Positions 31,365 through 41,010 of a stretch of DNA of 64,000 nt are shown piece after piece. The DNA is taken from positions 1 through 64,000 of the IMG/VR virus record IMGVR_UViG_3300031760_005061; one strand, written 5' to 3'. The notes under the pieces are model-generated. The model was not told the DNA's origin. It saw only the letters and a list, made by a program, of their open reading frames with translations, and did no database searches. The position numbers and the translations under genes are program-made. Source of the stretch: a virus (Duplodnaviria > Caudoviricetes). Every line of letters starts with the position of its first letter. Within the stretch, counting starts at the first letter, position 1.

Positions 31365-31742
31365 ATGAACAGACCTACAATATTCGAAATGTACCGTGGC
31401 GATACATTCGGATTTTCTGTAAGTTTTACAACTCCGGACGACACGGCCGTCGTCAAAGAAGGAGAGGAAATACCGGAAGTGCCCTATATGCTTCAAGCCG
31501 GCGACAAAGTTAAGTTCGGGGTAAAAGTCAGAGAAAGAGACACCGATTATGTTCTCTATAGCGAAACAGATGTGGAGGACGAAACATCGGAGGTCGAGTT
31601 CTCGTTTGCGCCCGAACAGACGCAACTGGTTCAACCCGGCGAATATATATTCGAAATGGAGCTGACATGTGACGGTGGTTCAACCGTTATAACAGTCTTC
31701 CAGTATAAATTGTTTGTAAGGGGTGATATTATACATGACTGA
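31365..31742 (+). CDS. BppU-like Ig-fold protein
   Basis: MYRGDT...GDKVKFGVK...PEQT...GEYIFE pattern. Confidence 0.65.
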   Translation: MNRPTIFEMYRGDTFGFSVSFTTPDDTAVVKEGEEIPEVPYMLQAGDKVKFGVKVRERDTDYVLYSETDVEDETSEVEFSFAPEQTQLVQPGEYIFEMELTCDGGSTVITVFQYKLFVRGDIIHD

Positions 31743-33759
31743 TAGACAGATAACTGTAAATGTGACTCCGGCCGAAGGTAATATTAATGTTTCCTTCGGA
31801 CAGGCAATCCACAAAGTTCAAGCGGACTACGACCAGCAAGACACGTCTGCTGCGAGCTATATCAAAAACAAACCGCCTAAGTATAAAACAGGCGATGGTG
31901 TAACTGTTGATAATGTAACCGGCGAAATATCAATTGATACCGAGAGTGAGGTGTGGAGTGAGAAGCAAGATGTACTCACTCCGGGCGATGGCATCGATAT
32001 AGAGAATAACGAAATATCGGTTGACATCTCTGAGATAATCTCCGCCGGGGATGGTATCGAAATATCCGACGGTAAAATATCAATAGACACATCAAACGCA
32101 ACAGACGGATATATTCTGTATGCCGTCGAGGAAGAGGTAGACGGCGTTACAAAACTTGTAGTGCGCTGGGGCGTTCCGCCCACCGGCAACTATATCGACC
32201 TCTTAAACAAGCCGTCTATTAACGGCGTTACATTAATAGGGAATAAAACAACCTCAGACTTACATTTTCCGGTTTATACAGATATGACCGGAGCATCTGC
32301 ATCTACAGCCGGCACATCCGGTCTTGTTCCCGCTCCGGCCGCCGGAGACCAAGAGAAATTTTTGCGTGGAGACGGCGTGTGGGGCGTTGTAGAGACAACC
32401 GATACAAAGTATACCGCCGGCGCAAATATTGCGATAGACGCGAACGACAACAATAAAATCTCCGTTTCGTCGGGTAGCGCCGGGCAGACATTCTTTTTGA
32501 AGTCTGACGGTAACGGTGGAGCGACGTGGTCTAGCGCACTTGTGCGTTCAGTCAATAACAGAACCGGTGATTTGATTATGTATCCTCAGATTGGTTCTGG
32601 CGCAAATGCACTGTTCTTCTCGCCGCAAATGTCGGCTAGTGATGCGTCTGGCGATTATTCCGAAGCACACGGCTACCAAACGAAATCTGCTGGTAACGGC
32701 GGTGTTACTTTTGGGTACAAGACAAAGACCGGCGCAAACGCAGCGTATGCTGAAGCGCACGGCTCTGAAACTACCGCGTCTGGTAATTACTCTGTCGCAT
32801 TTGGCGGAGGAACAACTGCGTACGGCGCAAATAGTTTTGCGGTCGGTTTGGGTACAATGGCAAGAGGAGACTATAGCTTTGCTGCGGGAGATAGGAACCA
32901 AGCGATTGGACAAGGCTCCTTTGCGGTAGGCAACCAATCTTATGCGAATGGAGTATATAGTTTTGCGTCCGGAGCGTCAAATGCAAATGGTAATTACTCG
33001 TTTGCGGCGAACTACGGAGGAGCAACGGGCGAGCGCTCTGCTGCCTTTGGTTTATACACAACCGCATCCGGCGTAAACTCGTTTGCCGCTGGATGGAATA
33101 CCAAGGCGTCTGGTAGCAGTGCTGCTGCGTTCGGACGTAACAGCAACGCTATAGGTCAGTATTCGTTTGCAGCCGGAGCTTCACGCGCAGAGGGGACATA
33201 TTCAGCCGCGTTCGGTAACGCAAGCGCTACCGGGCTGAATGCGTTTGCTGCCGGAGGCAGCTCTACGGTTGCATCAGAAGACAACAGCGCAATATTTGGT
33301 TTAAAAGGAACTACTCCGGTCGGCGCATTATTCACAATTGCAAACGGTTCGCTTACTCCGTCAACGGCATTTAACGTATATGCGAATGGTAACATTGAGG
33401 CGGGTGTAGGTTGGACACCTACCGCTGACAACCACCTTGCGACCAAGAAATACGTGGATGATAATGGCGGTGGCGGCGGAACTCCGGACTGGAATGACAT
33501 ACAAAACAAACCGGCATCATATCCGCCATCGGCACACACGCACGTATATTCGGATATTACCAATCCGCCTACCATTCCGGTCGCCGGACAGATTGCAATC
33601 GGCGATACCGGTTATGCAACCGGCGGAGATGTGTTCACGGCGTTTGGTTCGTTGTCGACCGTTGCAAGTACCGGCGACTATCAAGATTTAATAAACCTTC
33701 CGAGCGGCATGATGATTCAGCAAGATGCCGGCGGATATTATATAGAAACGGGGGTATAA
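31735..33759 (+). CDS. Tail fibre/receptor-binding protein with YadA-head-like beta-roll repeats
   Basis: About 15 tandem 12-14-aa repeats of type A-x-G-x-x-S-F-A-x-G; fibre motifs (LLNKPSINGVTL, GLVPAPAAG..FLRGDG, ATKKYVD). Confidence 0.8.
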   Translation: MTDRQITVNVTPAEGNINVSFGQAIHKVQADYDQQDTSAASYIKNKPPKYKTGDGVTVDNVTGEISIDTESEVWSEKQDVLTPGDGIDIENNEISVDISEIISAGDGIEISDGKISIDTSNATDGYILYAVEEEVDGVTKLVVRWGVPPTGNYIDLLNKPSINGVTLIGNKTTSDLHFPVYTDMTGASASTAGTSGLVPAPAAGDQEKFLRGDGVWGVVETTDTKYTAGANIAIDANDNNKISVSSGSAGQTFFLKSDGNGGATWSSALVRSVNNRTGDLIMYPQIGSGANALFFSPQMSASDASGDYSEAHGYQTKSAGNGGVTFGYKTKTGANAAYAEAHGSETTASGNYSVAFGGGTTAYGANSFAVGLGTMARGDYSFAAGDRNQAIGQGSFAVGNQSYANGVYSFASGASNANGNYSFAANYGGATGERSAAFGLYTTASGVNSFAAGWNTKASGSSAAAFGRNSNAIGQYSFAAGASRAEGTYSAAFGNASATGLNAFAAGGSSTVASEDNSAIFGLKGTTPVGALFTIANGSLTPSTAFNVYANGNIEAGVGWTPTADNHLATKKYVDDNGGGGGTPDWNDIQNKPASYPPSAHTHVYSDITNPPTIPVAGQIAIGDTGYATGGDVFTAFGSLSTVASTGDYQDLINLPSGMMIQQDAGGYYIETGV

Positions 33760-33762
33760 CAT

Positions 33763-34878
33763 ATGAGTAAAATATATATACCCACTTACTCAGACATAAA
33801 AATAAATAACGGGAAAGAGTTACAGTTAAAGGCGTCCGGCTCAAGCAAGACACTCGCTGAATGTGAGCTGGGTGAGATAGTTCACATTCCCGAAACCATT
33901 AACAACGTAAAAGATTTTCACGATTATATAGTAGTTGAGAAAAATCAAGATAACGTTGTACTTTTAAGGAAGTATGTTGCAAGTGGAGATAGTGGCGCAA
34001 TAAGTCAAGACCATAATGTTTATGTTCACGGTAGTTATTATGCAACTGGCAACACGACTCATTATGCAGATAATTGGTGTACAACCACATTTTATAATAG
34101 GTTTTCTGATATTACAAAGGAATATATTTCTCAAAAAGTAATAAAGATTATTACTAACGAAAACGGTGGAACTGAAAATTTTACTCGCAAGGTTTTCTTA
34201 CCATCTATTGATGAACTTGGTGGAACACCCAATATAGGTAGCGGTGAAGGAACAAGCGTTTGGTTCACATCTAATGCAGATAGGGTTGCATTAAGTGAAA
34301 CAGATAAAACAACGGCGGTTCAATATTGGACAAGAACCTTACACGCTCTTACTATATCGTCACATAATCACTATGTCTTTGATTATGTGACAACCAGTGG
34401 AGCATTTTCTACACAAAATTATACGGGAACAACAAGCAAACCATACCGTCCAGCAATAGTGTTTCTGCCCAATACCCCTCTTAATAGCAGCAATCAGTTC
34501 ATCGATGAAGTAACTTACACCGACACGATTCACGAGATCAGATTTGGCGACGACATATATAAAATCAAAGACTCTGACGCTCGCGACCTATTAGCTGCTT
34601 TACAGACAGCAGTTAATGGAAAGCAAGACACGCTAACACAGGGTAGCAATATTTCGATTTCTAACAATGTTATATCTGCTATAGTCCCAGTGCAAGGCAC
34701 AATTGAAAGTGGCGATACCGGTTATGCAACTGGTGGCGACGTTTATTCGGCTCTACAAGGCGTAAGTGGCTGGGTGGTATCAGACACCGAACCAAGCGAT
34801 ATGTCTGTATTATGGATAGATCCGACAGATAACACTATTGACGCAACGCTTGTTGATGCCGATAGTCAAGGATATTAA
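33763..34878 (+). CDS. Tail-fibre-like protein with a DUF6273/C-type-lectin-like domain
   Basis: KVFLPSIDELG...YWTRT...YRPAIVF motif set; C-terminal fibre motifs (KQDTLT, SDTEP...LWIDP). Confidence 0.65.
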   Translation: MSKIYIPTYSDIKINNGKELQLKASGSSKTLAECELGEIVHIPETINNVKDFHDYIVVEKNQDNVVLLRKYVASGDSGAISQDHNVYVHGSYYATGNTTHYADNWCTTTFYNRFSDITKEYISQKVIKIITNENGGTENFTRKVFLPSIDELGGTPNIGSGEGTSVWFTSNADRVALSETDKTTAVQYWTRTLHALTISSHNHYVFDYVTTSGAFSTQNYTGTTSKPYRPAIVFLPNTPLNSSNQFIDEVTYTDTIHEIRFGDDIYKIKDSDARDLLAALQTAVNGKQDTLTQGSNISISNNVISAIVPVQGTIESGDTGYATGGDVYSALQGVSGWVVSDTEPSDMSVLWIDPTDNTIDATLVDADSQGY

Positions 34879-34890
34879 GGAGGTGTAGTT

Positions 34891-35691
34891 ATGCCAAGAA
34901 TAAAATATCACGATCCAGTAACTGGTGAAGTTAAATACGCAGATATGGTTATACAGTCGCCTCTGCCGACAGGAACGGCAAACGGCGATATTCTTGTATG
35001 GGATAATGATAATCAGGTATGGGTGGTAAGACAACCGTCAAGATTACCTGCGGAATATCAAGAGGTTGAATATATTGAAAGCACAGGAACGCAGTATATC
35101 GACACGGGATATGTGCCGAAATCGACAACAAAATGGGAATTAGTTTTTCAAACAATCACAGGGTCAGCAGATTTAAGTTGTAGAAACGGCAGGCACGGAG
35201 GTGGTGATGGAGAACGCTTTTCAATAGGCGCAGCATCAATCAACTCGTTATCATTCACCTCGTCAACAAATTCAATGTCAGTTCACATCGGCTCGGCTTT
35301 TGAAACAACCGTATCGTTCACGCAGAATATAGGAAAAACATCAAGAGATTTTCCGTATGCTTTAATAAAGAAAAAAGTTACTATTGATGCAAGCAATATG
35401 ACTTACGATATGAATGACGGAGAATGGAGCGGAACGATAAGTGCGACACTTACGCTCGCAAATCAAAGTCATTTATATCTTTTCGCACGAAGTCTCACAG
35501 ATGGCACATTCGATGGTTGCGGAACACAAAACATATACTCGCACAAAATATGGGAAAACGGTGTAAAAGTTCAAGACTTTGTTCCTTGCTACCGAAAAGC
35601 AGACGGAGTAATCGGAATGTATGACATAGTAAATGATGTGTTCTATCAAAACGCAGGCACAGGCACATTCACAAAGGGGGCAGATGTATGA
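34891..35691 (+). CDS. Virion accessory protein with concanavalin A/LamG-like domain
   Basis: LPAEYQEVEYIESTGTQYIDTG...DFVPCYRK.DG..GMYD...FY.NAGTG.F motif common in gut phage fibres. Confidence 0.65.
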   Translation: MPRIKYHDPVTGEVKYADMVIQSPLPTGTANGDILVWDNDNQVWVVRQPSRLPAEYQEVEYIESTGTQYIDTGYVPKSTTKWELVFQTITGSADLSCRNGRHGGGDGERFSIGAASINSLSFTSSTNSMSVHIGSAFETTVSFTQNIGKTSRDFPYALIKKKVTIDASNMTYDMNDGEWSGTISATLTLANQSHLYLFARSLTDGTFDGCGTQNIYSHKIWENGVKVQDFVPCYRKADGVIGMYDIVNDVFYQNAGTGTFTKGADV

Positions 35692-36335
35692 GTTTAGGTA
35701 TAACAGACACTCAAAACTACGCCGACATAGCAGACGCAATACGAGCGAAAAACGGCTCGGCAGACACATACACACCCTCCGAAATGGCTACGGCAATCGG
35801 GGACTTGCCGACACCGACACCCGTTACAAAAGGGCTTGTTTTCAGCGATTATGATGCAGACGGTTTTCCTACAAAAGCGGAAATAGTCGGTATGACAAAT
35901 ATTCCCGACAACTATGCAAACAGTATATTTTATTCTACAACTGGTATTTGCAAAAATATTGATGAAGTAATACTCAACGAGGGATTACAAACAATAGGGC
36001 TTAGTTCATTTGCTTACGGTAGCACCCTTAAACGAGTTACTTTTCCTGCGAGTTTTGTAACATTCACATCCAATGGTGCATTTGGGAATAGCCCATTTTT
36101 ATCAGTTATTTTTAAAAAAGATGTTCAACGAATAAGGACAAACACCTTTGGAAACGCGAGTGGTTGTGAATTATATGATTTTAGCAACGCAACCTTTGTT
36201 CCTATATTAGATAGTGCGATGTCTTTAAAACATAAAAACGGTTGTGTAATAAAAGTGCCTCAATCCTTACTTGCAGAATGGCAGACAACGGCAGTATGGC
36301 AAGATTTAACAAATGTAGTATGGCAAGGCGTATGA
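35688..36335 (+). CDS. BspA-type leucine-rich-repeat fibre accessory protein
   Basis: N-terminal IADAIRAKNG..TPSEMATAI; LRR-like LNEGLQTIG..F; C-terminal cap IKVPQSLLAEWQTTAVW. Confidence 0.7.
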   Translation: MSLGITDTQNYADIADAIRAKNGSADTYTPSEMATAIGDLPTPTPVTKGLVFSDYDADGFPTKAEIVGMTNIPDNYANSIFYSTTGICKNIDEVILNEGLQTIGLSSFAYGSTLKRVTFPASFVTFTSNGAFGNSPFLSVIFKKDVQRIRTNTFGNASGCELYDFSNATFVPILDSAMSLKHKNGCVIKVPQSLLAEWQTTAVWQDLTNVVWQGV

Positions 36336-36793
36336 GAAAATTTACAGCAATATACATCACCCTTGCCCTCTTGCTCTCAACAATTATGATAGCAAGGGCA
36401 ACACGGCAAGATTGGATAGCGATACCCTCCGTAAACATAAGCGAGCGTTTGCAGTATGCAGACTTGAATATGGACACGCAGACAATTTGCGATAAGCGAG
36501 ACCGAGCCGTTGCATACGATTACAGAGGGAGCATAAGCATAGCAGACCACAATCATCAAGGGTTTAAGAATTTACACAAAGTCAAGGTCGGGGACACGGC
36601 AACGGTTATACTGCACGGCAAGGTAACGCAATATCGGTGTATCCGCAAATTCAACGGCATTAATAAGAAGGCATACTTAACCGACAACAATGGCAGAATA
36701 GTCGAGATTACAAAAAATCAAGTGATTATTTATACGTGTTTAAAGGGATATACACGGCGTATCGTAATCACGAAATGGCAAAGAATAAGGTAA
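36332..36793 (+). CDS. Sortase-family cysteine transpeptidase (153 aa, N-terminal membrane anchor)
   Basis: ATGA overlap; TM helix; IAIPSVNI; catalytic His (ADHN..F.NL.KVKVGD), Cys (IYTC) and Arg (TRRIVI). Confidence 0.75.
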   Translation: MRKFTAIYITLALLLSTIMIARATRQDWIAIPSVNISERLQYADLNMDTQTICDKRDRAVAYDYRGSISIADHNHQGFKNLHKVKVGDTATVILHGKVTQYRCIRKFNGINKKAYLTDNNGRIVEITKNQVIIYTCLKGYTRRIVITKWQRIR

Positions 36794-36809
36794 AATATGG
36801 AGGGATATT

Positions 36810-36986
36810 ATGGAATTTTGGGAAGCAATTGTTGAATGCGTAAACGCAATCATCGACGGCGTTAGCACATACGTGCATTCGCCGGAAGCAATTATCATCG
36901 ACACCAGACTCGCAGATCTGGTCAAATACTGCTCAGACCAAGCAGTATATATTATAAGAGATTTTCTCGATGTGTTCGGGAGATAA
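36810..36986 (+). CDS. 58-aa hypothetical protein (not in the ORF track)
   Basis: GGAGGG RBS; ATG 36810 to TAA 36986 (MEFWEAIVECVNAII...DFLDVFGR). Confidence 0.55.
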   Translation: MEFWEAIVECVNAIIDGVSTYVHSPEAIIIDTRLADLVKYCSDQAVYIIRDFLDVFGR

Positions 36987-37015
36987 TAAAACTACAATTT
37001 TAAAGGAGGAATTTT

Positions 37016-37993
37016 GTGAAAGACTTTGATGTTTTTGACATAAAAGAAAAGTGGTTCAAAGAAACCGCTCCTCAGAATTACGCGTCCGGTTCTACCGAAG
37101 GTGTTCCGGCTCGCACCCCTTCTATAGTTATAGATAAAGCAAACGACGCACTGTATATGTGCGCAATAGCAGACCCCACAGTATACAATACCGGCTGGAA
37201 GAAGTATGTTGTTGATGGTGGCGGCGGAGACTATGACTACGAGTTTGTTGTAGACGTAGACCCCTCGTCCTCTTCGATAACGCTGAGTCCCAGCGGTACT
37301 GGTATTACTTTAAAATCTAGCGACACTGTAAAGGTTACTCTTTCTAATGCAACAATTGCTTTATTAGAGCAGGAGCAGTTAACGATTGTTGGAACCACAT
37401 TTACTGGGTCTGCGGCAGCGTTTGGTAAAAAGATTGCGTACACATCGATGTCTGGTGTTGAGAGGACAATATCGAGTAGTATCATTGGTATAAATTATGG
37501 AGTAGTCGCTGCGAGAGAGGGTCAAGATCAGATTAATTTCAACCTTGTTATATATAATGCATCTGGAGGATTAGGCGTAGACTTTATTATGTCTACTAAT
37601 CACACAATTACCATAACAGCGTCTCCAGACCAAAGCGGCAATTTTGTTTATCTACTGTCGGAGGAAAGCGGACGGGAAGTAGCAAGCTCTCTTGACGTAG
37701 CGCAAATCAGTCTGTCGGATACATTAAAAACAATCCTAACTCAGACCGGTAATGTTATTGATAAAGATACGTTTGAAGTAGAAGGAACGGTAGCAAGCTC
37801 TAATATTGTAATAGACACTACGGCTCCGAGCCAGACCGGGGACGAATACCATTTCACAATAAAAACCGAAGATATATATTTTGATATCGGACAATTCGCT
37901 CACAGCTCTAACGAAACATATACATTGCTGGGTTATGTAGGTACTAACACATCTTCTTATCAGCCCGGTGTTATTATTCAACCGGCTTCTTAA
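37016..37993 (+). CDS. Accessory structural protein: neck-type N-terminal domain + Gly linker + beta-rich cargo
   Basis: AAAGGAGG RBS, GTG start; N-terminal ~67 aa align to 11249..11455. Confidence 0.7.
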   Translation: MKDFDVFDIKEKWFKETAPQNYASGSTEGVPARTPSIVIDKANDALYMCAIADPTVYNTGWKKYVVDGGGGDYDYEFVVDVDPSSSSITLSPSGTGITLKSSDTVKVTLSNATIALLEQEQLTIVGTTFTGSAAAFGKKIAYTSMSGVERTISSSIIGINYGVVAAREGQDQINFNLVIYNASGGLGVDFIMSTNHTITITASPDQSGNFVYLLSEESGREVASSLDVAQISLSDTLKTILTQTGNVIDKDTFEVEGTVASSNIVIDTTAPSQTGDEYHFTIKTEDIYFDIGQFAHSSNETYTLLGYVGTNTSSYQPGVIIQPAS

Positions 37994-38002
37994 GTATAAA
38001 CA

Positions 38003-38027
38003 AAGGGGCGCGTAGTGCGCCCCTTTC
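38003..38027 (+). terminator. Intrinsic terminator
   Basis: AAGGGGCGC-GTA-GTGCGCCCCTTT hairpin. Confidence 0.6.
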
Positions 38028-38042
38028 ACCTAATTATAGGAG

Positions 38043-40613
38043 GTGAAAACAATAGAAAGCTTAAAGCAAAGCATTCTGAATAAGATTGCGCTTATTAAAG
38101 GGTTCGCGATAAACATCCTAAATAAACTTGCGGAAGAAAACGCTGGTTTTATAGGACATACTGTCGCAAAAATCGCAGAAGACATACTTAGTCTTTTCGG
38201 CGAAATAGATACGTTAACCGGCAACCCGAATGTTGCACAATACAAGGTGCGTAAATATACAATGGACACCAACGGTAACTATGGTAATCCGGTGGAAGAA
38301 ATACATTCGTGGATATGGGATGAAGAAATATCTGTAGATACTGCGGAGTTAAGTACCGGATTTTCGTATAACAAAACATATCCGGGTTATTATGCCACTG
38401 GGACAATTAACGAAGACGGTAGTACCGTATTTGACGTATATATTAAGCGCAATACATACTCACTCAGTCTGGTAGTAACAGATAGTTTACATCCGGGATA
38501 TATTATCGTTGATGGAGAAACCTACGAGTATACCTATGTTATTTCTTTATTATATGGACAAAATGTGTCCATTGAACGTTATATTCCGTTATGCGATGGA
38601 TATACATTTAACACGTGGGATCAAGCGGTGCCAAGTACAATGCCAGCAAGCAATGTGTTATTAAGAGCTACATGGACGACAAATACATACACGGTTTCAT
38701 GGAATGTGGATGGCGTTATAACAACACAGACATATGAATATATGGCAACCATAGTACCTCCGCAGAATCCTTGGAAAGAGGGGTACACATTTACCGGATG
38801 GACTCCTTCGGTTGCTCAGACAATGCCGTACCAAAATTTGAGTTATGTGGCCGTATTTACACCCAATTTATACACATTAAATATTATATATCAAGCATGG
38901 GATGTGCTGGAGTTTGATGGTGTCATTCCATATGGATATGCTGGACAGGTTGAATATGATAGCTTCTTTAGTATACCATCTCCAACCGGCATTGGTAATG
39001 TAAACGGTAGCGATTATAATGTTTCCGGATACTATCCCGACCAGTCTATAATCGAGGGTGTTATGCCGGCAGTCGAAGGATATACTTTTATTGTTACGTA
39101 TTTTCCAGAAACCTATACAACCACTTGGGATGTAGATGGCAACCTTACTACCGAACAAGTTGTATACCATCATTGGCCTGTTGGTATTCCAGATCCTACG
39201 AAAGAAGGGTATGTGTTTGATGGATGGTATCCTTATGTAAATATTCAACCGGCATATGATATCACATATACAGCTCAATGGTATGAAAAAACATACCCGT
39301 ATACTATTACTGTGTATACTATGAATGTCTTGGGAAACTATACGACACCAGCAACGTATACTTTTTACGGGGGAGCTGGAACGGAAATAAACGCAGAAAG
39401 TGTTGCTATAGATAGAGGTTGGATAACCGATTTGGATGGAGAGTTCTTTGATAGAGAGCATAGTGGTTATGACGCGATTGGAACTGTAGATCCAGAGCAA
39501 ACCACCGAGCTAACTATCTATATCGGCAGAAACACTTTCATATTAACCTATCAGCAAAGATATGAAGACGATAGCGGGCATGATACGCCATATACTCAAA
39601 TTATGTATACCGACACCGTGTATTTTGGATCCCCGGTAACAATGCCACCGGCGCCAAACGTAAATGGATACTATTTTATATCATGGGATAACACAGATAT
39701 TCATTCTGTACCTACATATAATGTAACATTTACGGCGCTATATAAAAAAACATACTCATTAAAGCTATTTTTAGATAGCGGAACGGCGACGTATGACTGG
39801 GAAGATGCAAGCTATGATAGTTCTAGCGATATATTAACGATTCGAGGACAGGGCGGCGTTGAGATCCCGACAATCACAATGACGCTCGAAGGATATACCT
39901 TTGGCGGGTGGAATGTAGACTTGCCAGAAACTTTTTCGTATAGTAGCTACAGCGTGTCATACTCTTACAGGGCTCGATGGATTCCGCTTGTTCCTATAAC
40001 GGCGACATATTATGCAACATACGGATATCTCTCACCAGACGAAGGCGATCCGGACGAAGACGATCCGCGCATTATATACCTTCAAATAAAAAAAGAGTTT
40101 ACCGGCCAGACGGGTGACACTGTGTTTGCCGATAGCGTTAAAATACCAAATGGAGAATTATGTGTAACTTTAGACACCGATGTTAGAAGCGGTGCGGGTA
40201 CAACATATAACATAGTGGATAGTCTGCCGGCTGGTTCTGTAGTATATCCGCTTGAAAGGTCGGATAACTGGATTAGAATCGGAACCAATAGGTGGATTGA
40301 TTCGTTTTGGACTGACGATAATTATTATAGTTTGTTTACAACCGGAGGATGGCTTAATCCTAACTTAGACTTTTGGAGTGCAAGTCAAAGTAGTTTCATA
40401 CAAGATGAAATTGATGCATATCAAAGCCTATTTCCGGGGTGGAGAGTATATTGTCAATATGCTTTTGACACAGATAGTGCTATTGCATATGGTCCCGGCG
40501 ATGTAGAGTATTTTACCAGCGGTATTATTACAACCGGCTCGTTAGGTCAAACAAATATTATGATACCACTTCGTAGATATAGAGAGAAAAATGGTGAGAT
40601 TATACAGTTTTAA
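38043..40613 (+). CDS. Adhesin-like protein with Listeria-Bacteroides (InlB B-type) repeats and an SH3b domain
   Basis: Repeated P.KEGYTF.GW...MP motifs; C-terminal DVRSGAGTTY..V..LP.G..V..WIRIG..RWI (SH3b); no signal peptide. Confidence 0.75.
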   Translation: MKTIESLKQSILNKIALIKGFAINILNKLAEENAGFIGHTVAKIAEDILSLFGEIDTLTGNPNVAQYKVRKYTMDTNGNYGNPVEEIHSWIWDEEISVDTAELSTGFSYNKTYPGYYATGTINEDGSTVFDVYIKRNTYSLSLVVTDSLHPGYIIVDGETYEYTYVISLLYGQNVSIERYIPLCDGYTFNTWDQAVPSTMPASNVLLRATWTTNTYTVSWNVDGVITTQTYEYMATIVPPQNPWKEGYTFTGWTPSVAQTMPYQNLSYVAVFTPNLYTLNIIYQAWDVLEFDGVIPYGYAGQVEYDSFFSIPSPTGIGNVNGSDYNVSGYYPDQSIIEGVMPAVEGYTFIVTYFPETYTTTWDVDGNLTTEQVVYHHWPVGIPDPTKEGYVFDGWYPYVNIQPAYDITYTAQWYEKTYPYTITVYTMNVLGNYTTPATYTFYGGAGTEINAESVAIDRGWITDLDGEFFDREHSGYDAIGTVDPEQTTELTIYIGRNTFILTYQQRYEDDSGHDTPYTQIMYTDTVYFGSPVTMPPAPNVNGYYFISWDNTDIHSVPTYNVTFTALYKKTYSLKLFLDSGTATYDWEDASYDSSSDILTIRGQGGVEIPTITMTLEGYTFGGWNVDLPETFSYSSYSVSYSYRARWIPLVPITATYYATYGYLSPDEGDPDEDDPRIIYLQIKKEFTGQTGDTVFADSVKIPNGELCVTLDTDVRSGAGTTYNIVDSLPAGSVVYPLERSDNWIRIGTNRWIDSFWTDDNYYSLFTTGGWLNPNLDFWSASQSSFIQDEIDAYQSLFPGWRVYCQYAFDTDSAIAYGPGDVEYFTSGIITTGSLGQTNIMIPLRRYREKNGEIIQF

Positions 40614-40632
40614 ATCAAGGAGACGATAATTT

Positions 40633-41010
40633 ATGAAAGAAGTACTTCTTTCAGTACTTAAGTGGGCGATTACCGCCTTACTTGCCGGCGGCGTTAGCTT
40701 TATCACCGCCCGGTATAAAATTCGCAAAGCTAAAAGCGAAGAAGCGGATCGCGCCATACAGGATAAATTTGAAGCTCTGGAAGCAAAGGATGAGATTTTA
40801 CAAGCAGCGATTCGCTCACTGCTACGACAAGAAATAATCGTAGCATACGAGAAATACACAGCGATTGGATGGGCGCCGGTATATGTCAAGGACAATGTTC
40901 AAGAAATGTATGACTGCTATCATGCGATTGGAGGCAACGGAACTATTACACATCTTGTCGAGGAGTTTATGAATCTCCCAACAATGCCGAAGGAAAAATC
41001 TGAAACATGA
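40633..41010 (+). CDS. Lysis-cassette membrane protein (holin-like)
   Basis: N-terminal TM helix; MY..YH..GGNG motif common before lysins. Confidence 0.6.
   Translation: MKEVLLSVLKWAITALLAGGVSFITARYKIRKAKSEEADRAIQDKFEALEAKDEILQAAIRSLLRQEIIVAYEKYTAIGWAPVYVKDNVQEMYDCYHAIGGNGTITHLVEEFMNLPTMPKEKSET

Noticed and set aside
34321-34470. Active DGR variable region in the DUF6273 fibre gene
   Set aside because: Protein motif is present but the NNY codon signature is weak, and no template repeat or reverse transcriptase was seen.
34950-34975. LPTG as a sortase substrate motif
   Set aside because: Not LPxTG, located at the N-terminus, and not followed by a TM helix and basic tail.
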